Shown: positions 19,926-31,153, counted from the first letter of the stretch. The stretch is 64,000 nucleotides of DNA from an uncultured Verrucomicrobiae bacterium (GCA_963706955.1 CAVPOC010000008.1:928001-992000); one strand, 5' to 3'. Notes: a model not told the origin generated them from the letters alone. Translations and numbers: made by a program.

Positions 19926-20819
19926 ATGAAACCAATTCTGTCAGGGCAACAAGGGATTCTCGCTTGCCTGGCGCTATGCCTGGCAAGCCTGCCGGCGGAG
20001 ATTTTGCGCGCTCAGGACAACCTGAGATTCAACATCGCGCTGCTGCAGCTTCCCCAATTGGTCAAACCTCAGATCAGCGTCGACCAGGCCCTCGAGGAAG
20101 CACGGCTGGTTCGGGAAGATCGCCGGCGAAGAATGAGCTTCTTCGAGGCCATCGTCGCCAATGACCAGCCGGCTTTATCCCAAATGCTCGAGGAGGGCAT
20201 CGATTCAAACGCCGAGCTTCCCCTGCCCGTTCCGATCGAATTTCAAAAGCGATTTTCGGATGGGGTAGTGCGCTACTACGTCTCCAGCGAGGAGGGCTTC
20301 ACAGGTCTGATGCTCGCCGCCGCACTTCGCAATCACGCCGTAGTGAAACTTCTGCTGCAGGCGGGCGCCGATCCGTGGAAGCTCACCAAAAGGCACAAAA
20401 CCTATGCGCTTTGGTTGGCGGCGAAACAGAACGATATCGAAATCATGCGCAGCCTTATGGGAATCGGGCCCACGCATGAGTCTCAGGTTTTCCGCATCAC
20501 CATAGACCTCTTAACCCAAACAGCGTTACTCTGGCGAAACGGAAAAATCGTTCTGTCGACACCGATCTCCTCTGGCAGAAGCACTCATCCAACGCCACGG
20601 GGGCGCTTTCTCGTCACCAATAAATACCGGCATTGGAAGTCAACTTTGTACCCCGCCAAAATGCCCTTCTTTTTGCGATTATCTTGCGGAGACTTCGGCC
20701 TCCACATGGGTGCGCTGCCCGGATATCCGGCCTCGCATGGATGCATTCGCCTTCCGCAAAGGTCAGCCAGGCGCCTCTACGCTTCGGTGCCGATTGGCAC
20801 TCTCGTCGAGATCCGGTAG
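19926..20819 (+). CDS. L,D-transpeptidase (YkuD) with ankyrin-like repeats, secreted
   Basis: Signal-like N-terminus; GFTGLMLAA...VVKLLLQAGAD (ankyrin); TPRGRF, MPFFLRL, HMG.LPGYPASHGCIRL (YkuD). Confidence 0.85.
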   Translation: MKPILSGQQGILACLALCLASLPAEILRAQDNLRFNIALLQLPQLVKPQISVDQALEEARLVREDRRRRMSFFEAIVANDQPALSQMLEEGIDSNAELPLPVPIEFQKRFSDGVVRYYVSSEEGFTGLMLAAALRNHAVVKLLLQAGADPWKLTKRHKTYALWLAAKQNDIEIMRSLMGIGPTHESQVFRITIDLLTQTALLWRNGKIVLSTPISSGRSTHPTPRGRFLVTNKYRHWKSTLYPAKMPFFLRLSCGDFGLHMGALPGYPASHGCIRLPQRSARRLYASVPIGTLVEIR

Positions 20820-20893
20820 ATAGCCTTCGTCTACAGCAGTCAAAGAGTGATACCCCGTCCGCTACAGTCGTTCGAAAAAGACTTATGGAGGCG

Positions 20894-21595
20894 TCACCCG
20901 ACGACGTGCTGAGTATGGCGTGTCTCCTCGGCAGTCATCGCGTAGATGGCATCTTCGCCAATATTTGTCGCCTGGTCACCGATTCGCTCGAGGAACCTCG
21001 CGATAAAGATTAAATCCATGTAGGTGGGTATGCAATCCACGTGATGGGACATCAAATCCGTGAGCTTCTCCGCAAAATCTCGGTTCATCTGATCGAGCTG
21101 CCGATCACGCTCCTTGAGGCCGCGAGCCAGCTCCAGGTCCTGACTAGCAAACGCGCGGACGGAGTCTTTCACCATCGTCTCCGCATACTGATAGATTGGC
21201 TCGAGATCGTGGAGCTGCTCCGCCGGAGGACGCATGATCAGTTTTCGACTCCGCCGGGCAATTCCCACTGCTTGATCGGCAATTCGCTCCAGGTTTACAC
21301 TCAGCTTCATCGTTGAGATCACGTTCCGCATATCGGAGGCGAGCGGGTGAAAGCGCAGCATTATGTTGACGCCTTCGCGATCGATCTGCACTTCCAGGGT
21401 GTCGACCTCTTCGTCGTCCGCGATCACCGTATTGCACCAGTCCTCGTCGCGCTCGAAGAGCCCTCTGCGGGCGTTCTCCAAATTGCGTTCGGTGAGGCTG
21501 GCCATCATTAAGGCGTCATCACGCAGAGAGCGTAACGCTCCTTCAAAGGTGCTGAGGATATGCGTATTCGACATGGCGGCGGTTTCACTGGTCAT
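20894..21595 (-). CDS. phoU: Phosphate signalling protein PhoU
   Basis: DEEVD, NLERIADQA, FLERIGDQATNIGE; downstream of pstB. Confidence 0.93.
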   Translation of the reverse strand: MTSETAAMSNTHILSTFEGALRSLRDDALMMASLTERNLENARRGLFERDEDWCNTVIADDEEVDTLEVQIDREGVNIMLRFHPLASDMRNVISTMKLSVNLERIADQAVGIARRSRKLIMRPPAEQLHDLEPIYQYAETMVKDSVRAFASQDLELARGLKERDRQLDQMNRDFAEKLTDLMSHHVDCIPTYMDLIFIARFLERIGDQATNIGEDAIYAMTAEETRHTQHVVG

Positions 21596-21609
21596 AGCTA
21601 GGCGCAGAC

Positions 21610-22434
21610 TTAGCCAAACCGACCGGTAATATAGTCCTCCGTCTGCTTTTCGCTGGGATTGGTAAAGATTTTTTGGGTGTCGTCATACTCGATAAGCTTG
21701 CCAAGATAGAAGAACGCAGTCCGATCCGAGCAGCGTGTGGCCTGCTGCATATTGTGCGTGACAATGACGATCGTAAATTGCGTCTTCAAATCATGGATCA
21801 GATCCTCGACCTTGGCCGTCGCGATTGGATCGAGCGCTGAACACGGTTCATCCATGAGCAAGATTTCCGGCCGGTTGGCGATAGCACGCGCAATGCAGAG
21901 ACGCTGCATTTGGCCCCCGGAGAGGCTGAGAGCGCTGTCGTGCAAACGGTCCTTGACCTCATCCCAAAGAGCCGCGCCTCTCAGGCTGCGCTCGACGGTT
22001 TCATCAAGCACACTCTTGGAACTTACGCCCGCGATGCGCAGCGAATAGACGACGTTTTCGTAGATCGATTTCGGGAACGGATTCGATTTTTGGAAGACCA
22101 TTCCGATACTGCGGCGCAACGCAATTACCTCCATTTTCTTGTCATAGATGCTTCTGCCGTTGAGGAGGATATTGCCTTCGTGACGAACTCCATCAATGAG
22201 CTCATTCATTCGGTTAAAATTGCGTAGAAGCGTCGACTTACCGCACCCCGAGGGACCAATGAAGGCGGTCACCTGCCGCTGGGGAATATCCATGTTGATA
22301 TCATAGAGCGCCTGCTTCTTGCCGTAGAAGAAGTTGAAATCGCACACCTGCAGGAAGTCGGGCCGGGAGTGTCCGGGGTCGATTGTCCCGCTTCTTCCCT
22401 GCGCTGGGGCGGCTTGCGGCGGGTGAGAATCCAT
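21610..22434 (-). CDS. pstB: Phosphate ABC transporter ATP-binding protein
   Basis: [47 protein letters not shown]. Confidence 0.96.
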   Translation of the reverse strand: MDSHPPQAAPAQGRSGTIDPGHSRPDFLQVCDFNFFYGKKQALYDINMDIPQRQVTAFIGPSGCGKSTLLRNFNRMNELIDGVRHEGNILLNGRSIYDKKMEVIALRRSIGMVFQKSNPFPKSIYENVVYSLRIAGVSSKSVLDETVERSLRGAALWDEVKDRLHDSALSLSGGQMQRLCIARAIANRPEILLMDEPCSALDPIATAKVEDLIHDLKTQFTIVIVTHNMQQATRCSDRTAFFYLGKLIEYDDTQKIFTNPSEKQTEDYITGRFG

Positions 22435-22450
22435 AGCTTTAATCATCGCG

Positions 22451-23332
22451 TCACTTCCTGCGGAACACGACCTGCGCGGTGATATTCGCGATCGTGACAA
22501 GAATCACCAACACCAACGATGCTGTCCAGGCCATCTTGATCTGGTGTTCGAAAGGCAGCGTCGAGAAATTGAAGATCAGCACAGAGAGGGAAGCGGTCGG
22601 CTCCGACAATGACTGAATCCAGAATTGACTGAAGAGCGCCGTAAAGATGAGGGGCGCGGTCTCACCGGCCGCGCGCGCCACCGCCAGCATGATGCCCGTC
22701 ATGATGGCAGGCATGGCGTCGGGAAGCACAACTCGCCAAATTGTCTGGAAATTTGTCGCTCCGAGACCGTAGGAAGCTTCCCGATACGCCTTCGGCACGC
22801 TTAGCAGAGCCTGCTCAGCGGTAAGGAGGATCGTCGGCAAAATGAGAATGGCCAGCGCGAAACCACCCGCCCAGGCCGAAAAGCCGCCGGTAGTCAGCAC
22901 GATGACGGCATAGGCGAACACACCACAGATAATCGAGGGGATGCCCGTTAATAGCTTGGCGACAAACCTAACCGCATTCGACAGAGGAGAGAAGGGACTA
23001 TACTCGTTGATGTAAACGGCGGAGAGGAGGCCAAAAGGCGTCGCCAGCACCAGGGCAATGCCCACCATCAGGAATGTTCCTACGACCGCGTTGCCGAAGC
23101 CGCCTCCGGTCATCCCTGCCGCTGGCGGGAGCTCCGTAAAGACACTCCAGCTCAATAAGGGCAACCCGTTCTTGAGGACCAGGAAAACAATCGAAAATAA
23201 GGGGACAAGCGTCAGTAGTGCGAGACCGACGCAGATCCCACTCAAAAGCTTGCTCCAGAGAGAACGGACGCCGATACGTCCCGCGCTGGCTGAAGGGAAG
23301 AAGTCGTTAGTTTCTGCGGCGACGGTGCTCAT
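22451..23332 (-). CDS. pstA: Phosphate ABC transporter permease
   Basis: [26 protein letters not shown]; operon position. Confidence 0.93.
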   Translation of the reverse strand: MSTVAAETNDFFPSASAGRIGVRSLWSKLLSGICVGLALLTLVPLFSIVFLVLKNGLPLLSWSVFTELPPAAGMTGGGFGNAVVGTFLMVGIALVLATPFGLLSAVYINEYSPFSPLSNAVRFVAKLLTGIPSIICGVFAYAVIVLTTGGFSAWAGGFALAILILPTILLTAEQALLSVPKAYREASYGLGATNFQTIWRVVLPDAMPAIMTGIMLAVARAAGETAPLIFTALFSQFWIQSLSEPTASLSVLIFNFSTLPFEHQIKMAWTASLVLVILVTIANITAQVVFRRK

Positions 23333-23350
23333 GGTGACCTTCTTCCAATA

Positions 23351-24319
23351 CTAGCGAACTCCCGCCGTCCTCCTTTGAGTATAACGAAGGACCGCCTCTC
23401 CAGCGATGTTCACCAACAAGGTCAGGACAACGAGGAGCAACGCTGCGTACATGAGTGAACTCACCTGAAGTCCCTCTGCTTCGCCGAACTGGTTGGCGAG
23501 CAACCCGGCCAACGTTCCGGCGGGCGAGAGAAGCGACCAAGTCAGCCGCGAGCTGTTTCCGATGAGCATGGCGACGGCCATAGTCTCACCCATCGCTCGC
23601 CCCAGAGCCAGGATGGTCGCGGCGACGATTCCAGGGGCGGCGGTCGGAAGGATCACGCCGAAGATGGCTTCCCAACGGGTAGAACCCAGCGCATAAGCTC
23701 CTTCGCGCAACGTTCCCGGCACTGCAACAAGCGCGCTTCGTGATATCGCAGTGATCGTCGGCAGGATCATCAATGCGAGCACCAGGCTGGCTGTCAGCAT
23801 GCTATTCCCATAGGCCGGAGGAGCGAAGATGGTGTTCAGAACCGGAAGATTCTTGAAGGCGACCACCGCCCATGCTCCAAACGCTTGCACCAGCGGAATA
23901 ACCACAAAGATTCCCCAGAGCCCGTAAACCACGCTGGGAATCGCCGCCAGCATCTCCACGGTAAAGCGGACAAACTGGCGCACCGGGAGCGGGAGGAAAT
24001 CTTCGCTCAGGAAAATGGCAATGGCCAGGCCCAAGGGCAGGGCGAATATCAGCGCGATCAGTGAACTGACCGTCGTGCCGATCAAGAATGGAGCGACGCC
24101 GAAAACGCTGCGATTGGGCACCCATCTGGAGTTCGTCAGGAACTCGAGGCCAAATTTCTGAACGGCTGGGAGGGCCTGCCGCCCGATCTCGAAGATGATC
24201 CAAGCGAGCGTAGCAACCGTTGCCGCCGAAGCTAGCCAGCAGAGCAGCCGGAAGAGATCCGGTCGCTTTTGAAACTCCTTGATGCCTCCCTGCTCGATGA
24301 CCCGGGCGTCGGCTTGCAT
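23351..24319 (-). CDS. pstC: Phosphate ABC transporter permease
   Basis: LAAIPSVVYGLWG, EGAYALG.TRWE, GRAMGETMAV. Confidence 0.93.
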   Translation of the reverse strand: MQADARVIEQGGIKEFQKRPDLFRLLCWLASAATVATLAWIIFEIGRQALPAVQKFGLEFLTNSRWVPNRSVFGVAPFLIGTTVSSLIALIFALPLGLAIAIFLSEDFLPLPVRQFVRFTVEMLAAIPSVVYGLWGIFVVIPLVQAFGAWAVVAFKNLPVLNTIFAPPAYGNSMLTASLVLALMILPTITAISRSALVAVPGTLREGAYALGSTRWEAIFGVILPTAAPGIVAATILALGRAMGETMAVAMLIGNSSRLTWSLLSPAGTLAGLLANQFGEAEGLQVSSLMYAALLLVVLTLLVNIAGEAVLRYTQRRTAGVR

Positions 24320-24335
24320 ACGAGATCAAATACTG

Positions 24336-25343
24336 CTACTCGACGCCAGTCAGAGCGGCCTTGCTCTTCTCCACGACCGCGGCGGGCAACGGAATGTAAC
24401 CGAGCTCGCTCGCGAACTTCTGGCCGTCGGTAAGTCCGTAGGTCACAAAACCCGTCAAGGCCTTTTGCTTGGCGGAGTCGCTATATTTCTTGTAGAGGAG
24501 CAGCCAGGTGAAGGTCGCGATAGGATAATCATCAGGGCCCGAGGGATCATCTGGCCAGACCCGGAGATTTGCGGGAAACTCGACGTGCGCCAGGGTGGCC
24601 GCGCCACTCTCGTCGGTAGGCTTCACGAACTTGCCGGCTTTGTTCTGCAGGCTAGCCATCGACAATCCATTATGCACTGCATAGCCATACTCTACATACC
24701 CGATGGTCCCCGGACTTTGTTTTATCAGTGCAGTGACGCCTTCGTTGCCCTTTCCACCCGCGCCGATTGGCCACGTCACCGACTTGTCGCTTCCGACTTC
24801 ATCCGCAAAGTCAGGGCTGATGGCCGCGAGATGCTTCGTAAAAACGAATGTCGTGCCACTTCCATCGGATCGGAAAGCCACGTTGATGGCCATATCAGGC
24901 AGAGTGACGCCCGGGTTATCCTTGGCGATAGCCGGATCGTTCCATTTCATCACCTTGCCCAAAAAAATTCCGGTGTAAGCCTCCCGGGACAGATTGATCT
25001 CGGCAACTCCAGGCAGATTATAGGCAATGACAATACTGCCGGCGGTGGCGGGAATCATCATTGCTCCCTGCTTGACCTTGGCTAACTCCTCGTCGCTCAT
25101 CGCGGCGTCACTCGCGCCGAAATCCACCGTGCCTTGGATGAACTGCTTAACGCCCGCGCCGGAACCGACAGATTGGTAATTCACCTGAACCTTAGGCTCG
25201 AGCTTATTGTATTCCACGGCCCAGCGCTGATACAGCGGTGCCGGAAAAGTCGCGCCAGCGCCCGAGAGCTGCTGGGCGCTCGCGGAGCTCACCAAAATCG
25301 CCGCCGTCACAACAGCGGCGACAATAAGAGACGTAAATTTCAT
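24336..25343 (-). CDS. pstS: Phosphate ABC transporter substrate-binding protein
   Basis: Signal peptide; GAGATFPAPLY, YQSVGSGAG, DFGASD, RSDGSGTT, GKGNEGV. Confidence 0.95.
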   Translation of the reverse strand: MKFTSLIVAAVVTAAILVSSASAQQLSGAGATFPAPLYQRWAVEYNKLEPKVQVNYQSVGSGAGVKQFIQGTVDFGASDAAMSDEELAKVKQGAMMIPATAGSIVIAYNLPGVAEINLSREAYTGIFLGKVMKWNDPAIAKDNPGVTLPDMAINVAFRSDGSGTTFVFTKHLAAISPDFADEVGSDKSVTWPIGAGGKGNEGVTALIKQSPGTIGYVEYGYAVHNGLSMASLQNKAGKFVKPTDESGAATLAHVEFPANLRVWPDDPSGPDDYPIATFTWLLLYKKYSDSAKQKALTGFVTYGLTDGQKFASELGYIPLPAAVVEKSKAALTGVE

Positions 25344-25403
25344 GTGATTGGTATATCGGCGCACCAATCAATAGATTATTCGCGCCAACGCCAAAGAAAG
25401 GAT

Positions 25404-25421
25404 TGTGACAATTTTGTCACA
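25404..25421 (-). promoter_or_regulatory. Pho-box-like site upstream of pstS
   Basis: TGTGACA-AAAT-TGTCACA (minus strand): TGTCA-like units 11 bp apart, also palindromic, about 60 bp upstream of pstS. Confidence 0.65.
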
Positions 25422-25467
25422 CTTGGAACAACATCAGCTTCGGAGCGCAAAGTTCGGGCAGGCAAAT

Positions 25468-25531
25468 TGTCGCAGGTGGTTTCCCCAGCGCCGGGGCGCA
25501 CCCTCTTGAGGGTGAGGACACCGTCGCCACA
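25468..25531. repeat. REP doublet, family B (degenerate)
   Basis: TGTCGCAGGTGGTTTCCCCAGCGCCG...GAGGGTGAGGACACCGTCGCCACA. Confidence 0.55.
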
Positions 25532-25615
25532 ATCTTTCGGAAGCCTTTTTTGAGAACCTAGCACCGGCAGCACTGCTGATTTGGATTTCGGCGTTTCCTG
25601 CGCTAGAAGACTCCG

Positions 25616-26287
25616 GTGGCCTTGTTTACCCTTAGTCCCGTGGAGACCAGAATTCTGGGATGCCTCTTGGAGAAGGAGCGAATTACGCCGGAAAATTATC
25701 CGCTATCGCTCAACAGCTTGATCGCAGCGTGCAATCAATCCACGAACCGCGATCCGATTACTGCCTATGATGCGAGGACCGTCGAAACCGGTTTGGACGG
25801 ACTGCGACAAAAAAAGCTGGCCGTGATGATCATGAGCGCGGGATCGCGGGTCGCCAAGTTTCGTCACGAACTGCTCAATCACTTCGATCTGAGCCCGCGC
25901 GAAGTGGCTCTGCTCTGTGCTCTGCTGCTCCGCGGACCGCAAACTCTTGGAGAGCTCCGCAGCCGCACGGAGCGCATGCAGTTCTTCGATAGCCTGGAAC
26001 AAGTCGAGTCGTTTCTCGCAGATCTCGCCAGAGGCGAGTCGCCCCTGGTTCGCGTCTTGCCAGCCAGACCGGGTCAGAAGGAGAGACGTTACGTGCAGCT
26101 TCTCTCGGGCGAGCCGATCGTGCCGGAAACTCCGCCCACGCAAGAGAACGATTCGCCTCCCGTTGAGGCGGGATCAGCCACGGACACTTCGAGACTGCAA
26201 GCTGTCGAACAACAGGTGGCGGAACTCAAGGCGGAGCTGCGCGACCTCCGAGAGGAGCTTCTTTCCTTTCGAAAGCAATTTGAATAG
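25616..26287 (+). CDS. YceH / DUF480 family protein
   Basis: RILGCLLEKE..TPENYPLSLNSL..ACNQ.TNRDP, LLRGPQTLGELRSR. Confidence 0.9.
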   Translation: MALFTLSPVETRILGCLLEKERITPENYPLSLNSLIAACNQSTNRDPITAYDARTVETGLDGLRQKKLAVMIMSAGSRVAKFRHELLNHFDLSPREVALLCALLLRGPQTLGELRSRTERMQFFDSLEQVESFLADLARGESPLVRVLPARPGQKERRYVQLLSGEPIVPETPPTQENDSPPVEAGSATDTSRLQAVEQQVAELKAELRDLREELLSFRKQFE

Positions 26288-26302
26288 GGCAGGACCAATC
26301 CA

Positions 26303-26980
26303 TTGAAGAGCTGGTCGCCGCTTGCACTCCTCTACCAAGGCAGAGCGTTGGTTTTGCTCGTCGGCGCTTGCCTCTTTTCCTTTGGCTGCTCGGGTCCCGA
26401 ATACGGTGCCTCTGGACTGCGTGGTGTCCGCGTAGCTCTTCTGCCGCCCAATGTCCACGGTCGACTCGTCGCCCGGACGATGCGACCGCGCTACATCACG
26501 ATCCATTCGACACAAGACATGGAGGCGACAGCGGCGAAATACGAGCGCTATTTGATCATCAAAGGCAAGAGAAGTCGAAACAACCCACGCTTCGGGCGGT
26601 CCGGATGGGTGGTGTGGCACTTTAGCGTTGATGACCGGGAAGCCGTCGAACACCTGCTGCCGACCGAACAGGGCGATCACGCCGACTACGGCGGCGGGGG
26701 CGATCGCCAAAGCATTGGTATCGAGATTTGCGAATTTCGAGACCGTCGCCGGCAAGCTGCAGCCATCGATCGAGCAGCACGTCTGACCGCTGAGCTAGCG
26801 AATCAATACGGGATTCCGACGCGAAACATCGTGCCGCACATGCACTGGCCGCGCTGGGACTTCAAGTATGGGAAGCCCTGCCCGCGCATTCTTCTCGAAC
26901 GCGACCGTCGCGCCCGCGGCGGTTGGCGTTTGGGCGCGAAATGGCGGGCCTTCATCGCCCGCGTCCAGCGCTACCGCTGA
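26303..26980 (+). CDS. N-acetylmuramoyl-L-alanine amidase (Amidase_2), lipoprotein-like
   Basis: YITIHST, WHFSVDD, SIGIEIC, IVPH..W, K.CP; hydrophobic N-terminus with FGC. Confidence 0.82.
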   Translation: MKSWSPLALLYQGRALVLLVGACLFSFGCSGPEYGASGLRGVRVALLPPNVHGRLVARTMRPRYITIHSTQDMEATAAKYERYLIIKGKRSRNNPRFGRSGWVVWHFSVDDREAVEHLLPTEQGDHADYGGGGDRQSIGIEICEFRDRRRQAAAIDRAARLTAELANQYGIPTRNIVPHMHWPRWDFKYGKPCPRILLERDRRARGGWRLGAKWRAFIARVQRYR

Positions 26981-27097
26981 AATCCGGCGGGCGACTGAGG
27001 TCCCCCGAAAAAGTTTCGGATTGGCCCCAGACCTTCTCGGTGCCCGAAATCTCCAGCCCTCGATTGACGGGCAGATCGACCTTCGTAGGATCGGGCT

Positions 27098-28102
27098 ATG
27101 ACCTGGAAAAGTAGGACTCGCCAACTCGGCGCCAAGGGGCCCACGGTTTTTCCTCTCGCCTTGGGTTGTATGGGTATGTCTGGCATGTATGGAAAGTCAG
27201 AGGACGACGAAAGCGTCGCAACGATTCACGCCGCGCTCGACCAAGGTGTCACGCTGTTGGACACCGGTGACTTCTACGGAATGGGCCACAATGAAATTCT
27301 CATTGGCCGCGCACTGAAGGGCCGCCGCGAAAAGGTGCTGCTTTCCGTGAAGTTCGGTGCGCTGCGCACTCCCGACGGCCGCTGGACGGGTTTCGACGGG
27401 CGGCCTGCGGCCGTCAAGAATTTCGCAGCCTATAGTCTGACGCGCCTCGGGGTCGACCACATCGACGTCTATCGTCCGGCCAGGCTGGATCCCCAAGTCC
27501 CTATCGAGGACACCATCGGCGCCATTAGTGAGTTGGTAAAGAGCGGCCACGTCCGGTCCATCGGGCTCTCCGAGGTCGGCATGGACACGATCCGACGCGC
27601 GCACGCCGTCCACCCGATTTGCGACCTCCAGATCGAATACTCGCTAATCAGCCGCGCTCCAGAGACCGATATTTTTCCCGGTCTCGAAGAACTCGGAATA
27701 GGTGTCACTGCCTATGGGGTGCTTTCCCGTGGACTCCTCAGCGGATCAGCGCCATCGGGTCCAGGGGATTTTCGTTCGGCCCTGCCGCGCTTCCGCGGCG
27801 AAAACCTCACCCAGAACCAACGCGTTGTTGAGGAGCTCCGGAAAATCGCCTCGGAAAAGGGAATGAATCCCTCGCAGTTGGCGATCGCGTGGGTGCTCGC
27901 GAAGGGTAGCAGCATTGTCCCTGTGATCGGCGCGCGCAAGCGAACACAACTAACCGAATCGCTCGGAGCGCTGCGGTTCCAACTTTCCGAGGACGATATT
28001 GCGCGCATCGAAAAGGCGATTCCGGCAGCTGCCGTTGCAGGGACCCGTTATGACGAACGTCAGATGAAGATGCTCGATAGCGAGCGAGGAAAGGGCTCCT
28101 GA
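27098..28102 (+). CDS. Aldo/keto reductase
   Basis: LGCMGMS, LDTGDFYG.GHNE, SLTRLGVDHID, IGLSE, QIEYSL. Confidence 0.92.
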   Translation: MTWKSRTRQLGAKGPTVFPLALGCMGMSGMYGKSEDDESVATIHAALDQGVTLLDTGDFYGMGHNEILIGRALKGRREKVLLSVKFGALRTPDGRWTGFDGRPAAVKNFAAYSLTRLGVDHIDVYRPARLDPQVPIEDTIGAISELVKSGHVRSIGLSEVGMDTIRRAHAVHPICDLQIEYSLISRAPETDIFPGLEELGIGVTAYGVLSRGLLSGSAPSGPGDFRSALPRFRGENLTQNQRVVEELRKIASEKGMNPSQLAIAWVLAKGSSIVPVIGARKRTQLTESLGALRFQLSEDDIARIEKAIPAAAVAGTRYDERQMKMLDSERGKGS

Positions 28103-28197
28103 GAGCGGCCCGCGGCATACGGCCGAATGGCTCGACGACTGCGAGGGGCAATCGAAAGTCATTTGGTGATTAACTGGCTGATCCCCTTCGTCCGACC

Positions 28198-29626
28198 ATG
28201 AGGAGAAACGCCCCGCAATTCGGAAACTTCGAGCGTCTGGCCTATGGCGCAGGCGAGTTGGGTCCGGCCATGGCGGGGAGCACGATTATCTTTTTTCAGC
28301 TCGTGTTCCTCACCGATGTGGCCGGAATGGATCCCGGGCTCGCCGGCAGCGTCCTGTTGGTGGCAAGAATTTGGGATGCCGTCAACGACCCGTTGATCGG
28401 CTGGCTTTCGGACCATACCAAGACCCCTTGGGGTCGCAGGCTGCCATGGATGGTCGTCAGTGCGCTCCCGTTCTCGGCCTTTTTCATCATGTTCTGGCTG
28501 GTGCCGGAGTTTGCAGCTCCGGAGGCGCGATGGGGCGCTTTCGGTTACTATCTTGTGGTTGCTATTCTCTTCAGCACGTTTTCAACGGCCCTCGCGCTGC
28601 CGCATGCTTCGCTGACCGCTGAGCTCAGCCGCGACTATGACGAGCGGTCGCGTTTGACCGCCTATCGGATGGGATTTTCACTGGCGGGAAGCGTCGGCGG
28701 GCTGATCGCAGCGCTGCTTGTTTTTCACCTCTTGAAGAATGAGCCAAAGTCTATGCAGTACACTGTCTTTGGCGCATCGATTGGGATTATCGGGCTTGCC
28801 TCTGTCTTGTTCTGTCTTACCGGCATTTGGAGGATCGTGATCTCGAGAGACGCTCAGCGGCTTCGCCGGGAGAGCGCAGATGAGCTTGCCGCCAAAACTT
28901 TGTCCTTTCGCGAACAGATCGACTTGGTGCTGAGCAACAAGCCATTTCTGTTGGTTTGCGGAATCTACCTCTGCTCGTGGCTCTCGATGCAATTCACGGC
29001 CACTGTTCTGCCCTTTTTCACGCAAAGCTGGCTGCAGCTTTCGACCACCACTTTCCATCTCCTGGCGCTGACGGTGCAGACGACCGCTCTCTGCCTCATG
29101 CCATTCTGGGGCTGGGTAAGCGTGAAGATCGGAAAGAAGCCAGTCTATTTTATTGGAATGAGCTTCTGGCTCGTTGCGCAAGCCGGTTTGATGTTCCTGC
29201 AACCTGGCGAAGTTCGCATCTTCTTCATCATGGCATTTATCGCAGGTTTCGGCATCTCCGTCTGCTACCTCATCCCGAACGCTATGCTTCCAGATGTCGT
29301 CGAATACGACGAGCTGAAGACGGGCCGTCGCCGTGAGGGCGTCTACTATGGCACTTGCGTGTTTATTCAGAAGCTGGCGCTGGCCATCGGCACGTTTATC
29401 GTCGGCCAACTTCTGGCCTTCTCCGGCTATGTCCCCAGCGGACCCGATCAGATTTGTTGTCGAGCAGCCGGCGAAGGCTTTGCTTACCATCCGCCTGGCG
29501 ATTGGGCCGCTACCCGCTCTGGCCTTGATTATCGGTATGGTGTTAACTATTCTCTATCCGGTCACCAGGGAGTCGCACCGTCGCGTCGTTGAGGAGATTG
29601 ACGCACGGAGGCGCCCGATTCGTTAA
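28198..29626 (+). CDS. MFS glycoside-pentoside-hexuronide (MelB-like) transporter (frameshift ~29452)
   Basis: RIWDAVNDPLIGWLSD, WGRRLPW, LSRDYDERSRL, DVVEYDELKTGRRREG; C-terminus in ORF 29333-29626. Confidence 0.88.
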
Positions 29627-30215
29627 CGACTTGGAACCTTGAGGTCAACGTGTTGCCGTGCACCCGGCAGCCCAAGCGCCTGAGCCAGTTTGCCACCGCA
29701 TGGTTTGAGTTGGAAAAAAGATGATACGCCGCCCGGTCGCGTGAAACCGGTATGCCGTCCCACGTTCGCACGACGCGAGAATTCGCGTTCGACTGCCATC
29801 GGCGTTCCAGTTCGCCTCGAAGACCTTCTGCCAGCCGGCGCTCCACATAGAGCCGTGCCGAGCGATTGCTACCCGCAACGCTCGAGAATTCGGACTCGCT
29901 CAAAGTGTAGGGAAGCTTCCGACGCGATATGGCGCCCTTGCCCAAGCCAGTAATCGCTCGAAATCCGGAGAAAAACCCCTCTTTCTCCAACCCATAAAAG
30001 CTCCACTCTCCAAATCCATATTCGTAAAAGGCGGTCGTGCCATCAGGCAGTGCAAGCCGCGTATGCCACGCGTATTGGGAGAGGATTACAGGAACTCCGT
30101 CGCGAACTTCCGGAGGCACCACCCTCCATGCACAACCTGGAACGATCAGAAAGAGGGCGGCGCATGCAGCCGATCCCAATGATAAACCCCTCCGGAAAAC
30201 CAGACCCGCTCCCAC
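29562..30215 (-). CDS. DUF2459-like lipoprotein (start uncertain)
   Basis: Lipobox-like VPGC; WHTRLALP, EYGFGEW.FY, YHLFSNSNH.VA.WL..LG. Confidence 0.6.
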   Translation of the reverse strand: MGAGLVFRRGLSLGSAACAALFLIVPGCAWRVVPPEVRDGVPVILSQYAWHTRLALPDGTTAFYEYGFGEWSFYGLEKEGFFSGFRAITGLGKGAISRRKLPYTLSESEFSSVAGSNRSARLYVERRLAEGLRGELERRWQSNANSRVVRTWDGIPVSRDRAAYHLFSNSNHAVANWLRRLGCRVHGNTLTSRFQVVNESGASVRQSPQRRDGATPW

Positions 30216-30219
30216 GTGT

Positions 30220-31134
30220 TCAACCCCTCGAAAGCCGCAGCCCTCGCGGACGTCGAGCGCCAAGACAGGATTGAACAAAGGCATCCAGGAGACGCATGGG
30301 AAGCTTCCAACGCTGAACGATCAGATAGATTTCCACGCTGCGAAACTTCTCCGGCAAATCGAATAGCGACAGGTCTCGAGCTCCGGGTGCGAGCTCCAGA
30401 TAGCTTCGAGGGAGCACGGCAATACCCCCTCCTGCTCGCACACTCCCAATCACGCCTTCGAGTGTTCCCACCGCACGCATCGGCCACTTCGGCGCACCCG
30501 TCTCAAGCAAATAGTCGGTCAACCGCGCGGTAAAGGAACATCCGTTTCGCTGCACGAAGATCTTGAGCCGGACGTTGTCGGAACCTACCAGATCGTCGAG
30601 GCACCCCGCCCTTCCCCGAGCAATGACGACCAGTTCGTCTTCGAAGACTTTCTCCTCGACGAATGCAGGTTCATTAGCCCGGCGGGAGACGAACGCCACA
30701 TCAAGTTCCGACTTGAGCATCTTCTCCCACAGCAAAGCGGTCCCCCCGGTCTCAACCGAGATATCGACGGAAGGATGTGTCCGAGTAAACCCCGCAATGA
30801 CTTCTACAAGGCGAGATGCCGCAAAGGTCTCGATTGCGCCGATCCGAATTGAACCCGACCGAGGCTCGTCATCCTGCCGGAACTTCGCAAGAATTTCTCT
30901 GGAGAGTTCTTCAAGTCTCAGCGCGAAGGGCATCAACGCCTCCCCATCGGGAGTAAGGCGCATCCTGCGCGAATCTCGCACTAGCAGCGTCGCGCCAAGT
31001 TCTTCTTCGAGTCGCTGAATGCGCGCACTGATGTTCGACTGAACAGTATTCAAGGCAGCTGCCGCCCGCGTCATGCTTCCCTGCCTCGCGACCGTAAGGA
31101 AAACCGGTAGGTCCACCAGCAGAGAGCGGTTCAT
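30220..31134 (-). CDS. LysR family transcriptional regulator
   Basis: GSMTRAAAALNTVQSNISARIQRLEEELG..LL.R..R..RLT..GE. Confidence 0.93.
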   Translation of the reverse strand: MNRSLLVDLPVFLTVARQGSMTRAAAALNTVQSNISARIQRLEEELGATLLVRDSRRMRLTPDGEALMPFALRLEELSREILAKFRQDDEPRSGSIRIGAIETFAASRLVEVIAGFTRTHPSVDISVETGGTALLWEKMLKSELDVAFVSRRANEPAFVEEKVFEDELVVIARGRAGCLDDLVGSDNVRLKIFVQRNGCSFTARLTDYLLETGAPKWPMRAVGTLEGVIGSVRAGGGIAVLPRSYLELAPGARDLSLFDLPEKFRSVEIYLIVQRWKLPMRLLDAFVQSCLGARRPRGLRLSRG

Positions 31135-31138
31135 ATCA

Positions 31139-31153
31139 ATCTGTTTTTCAGAT
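31139..31153. promoter_or_regulatory. Putative LysR recognition site (T-N11-A)
   Basis: ATCTG-TTTTT-CAGAT palindrome next to the LysR start, in a divergent intergenic region. Confidence 0.6.
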
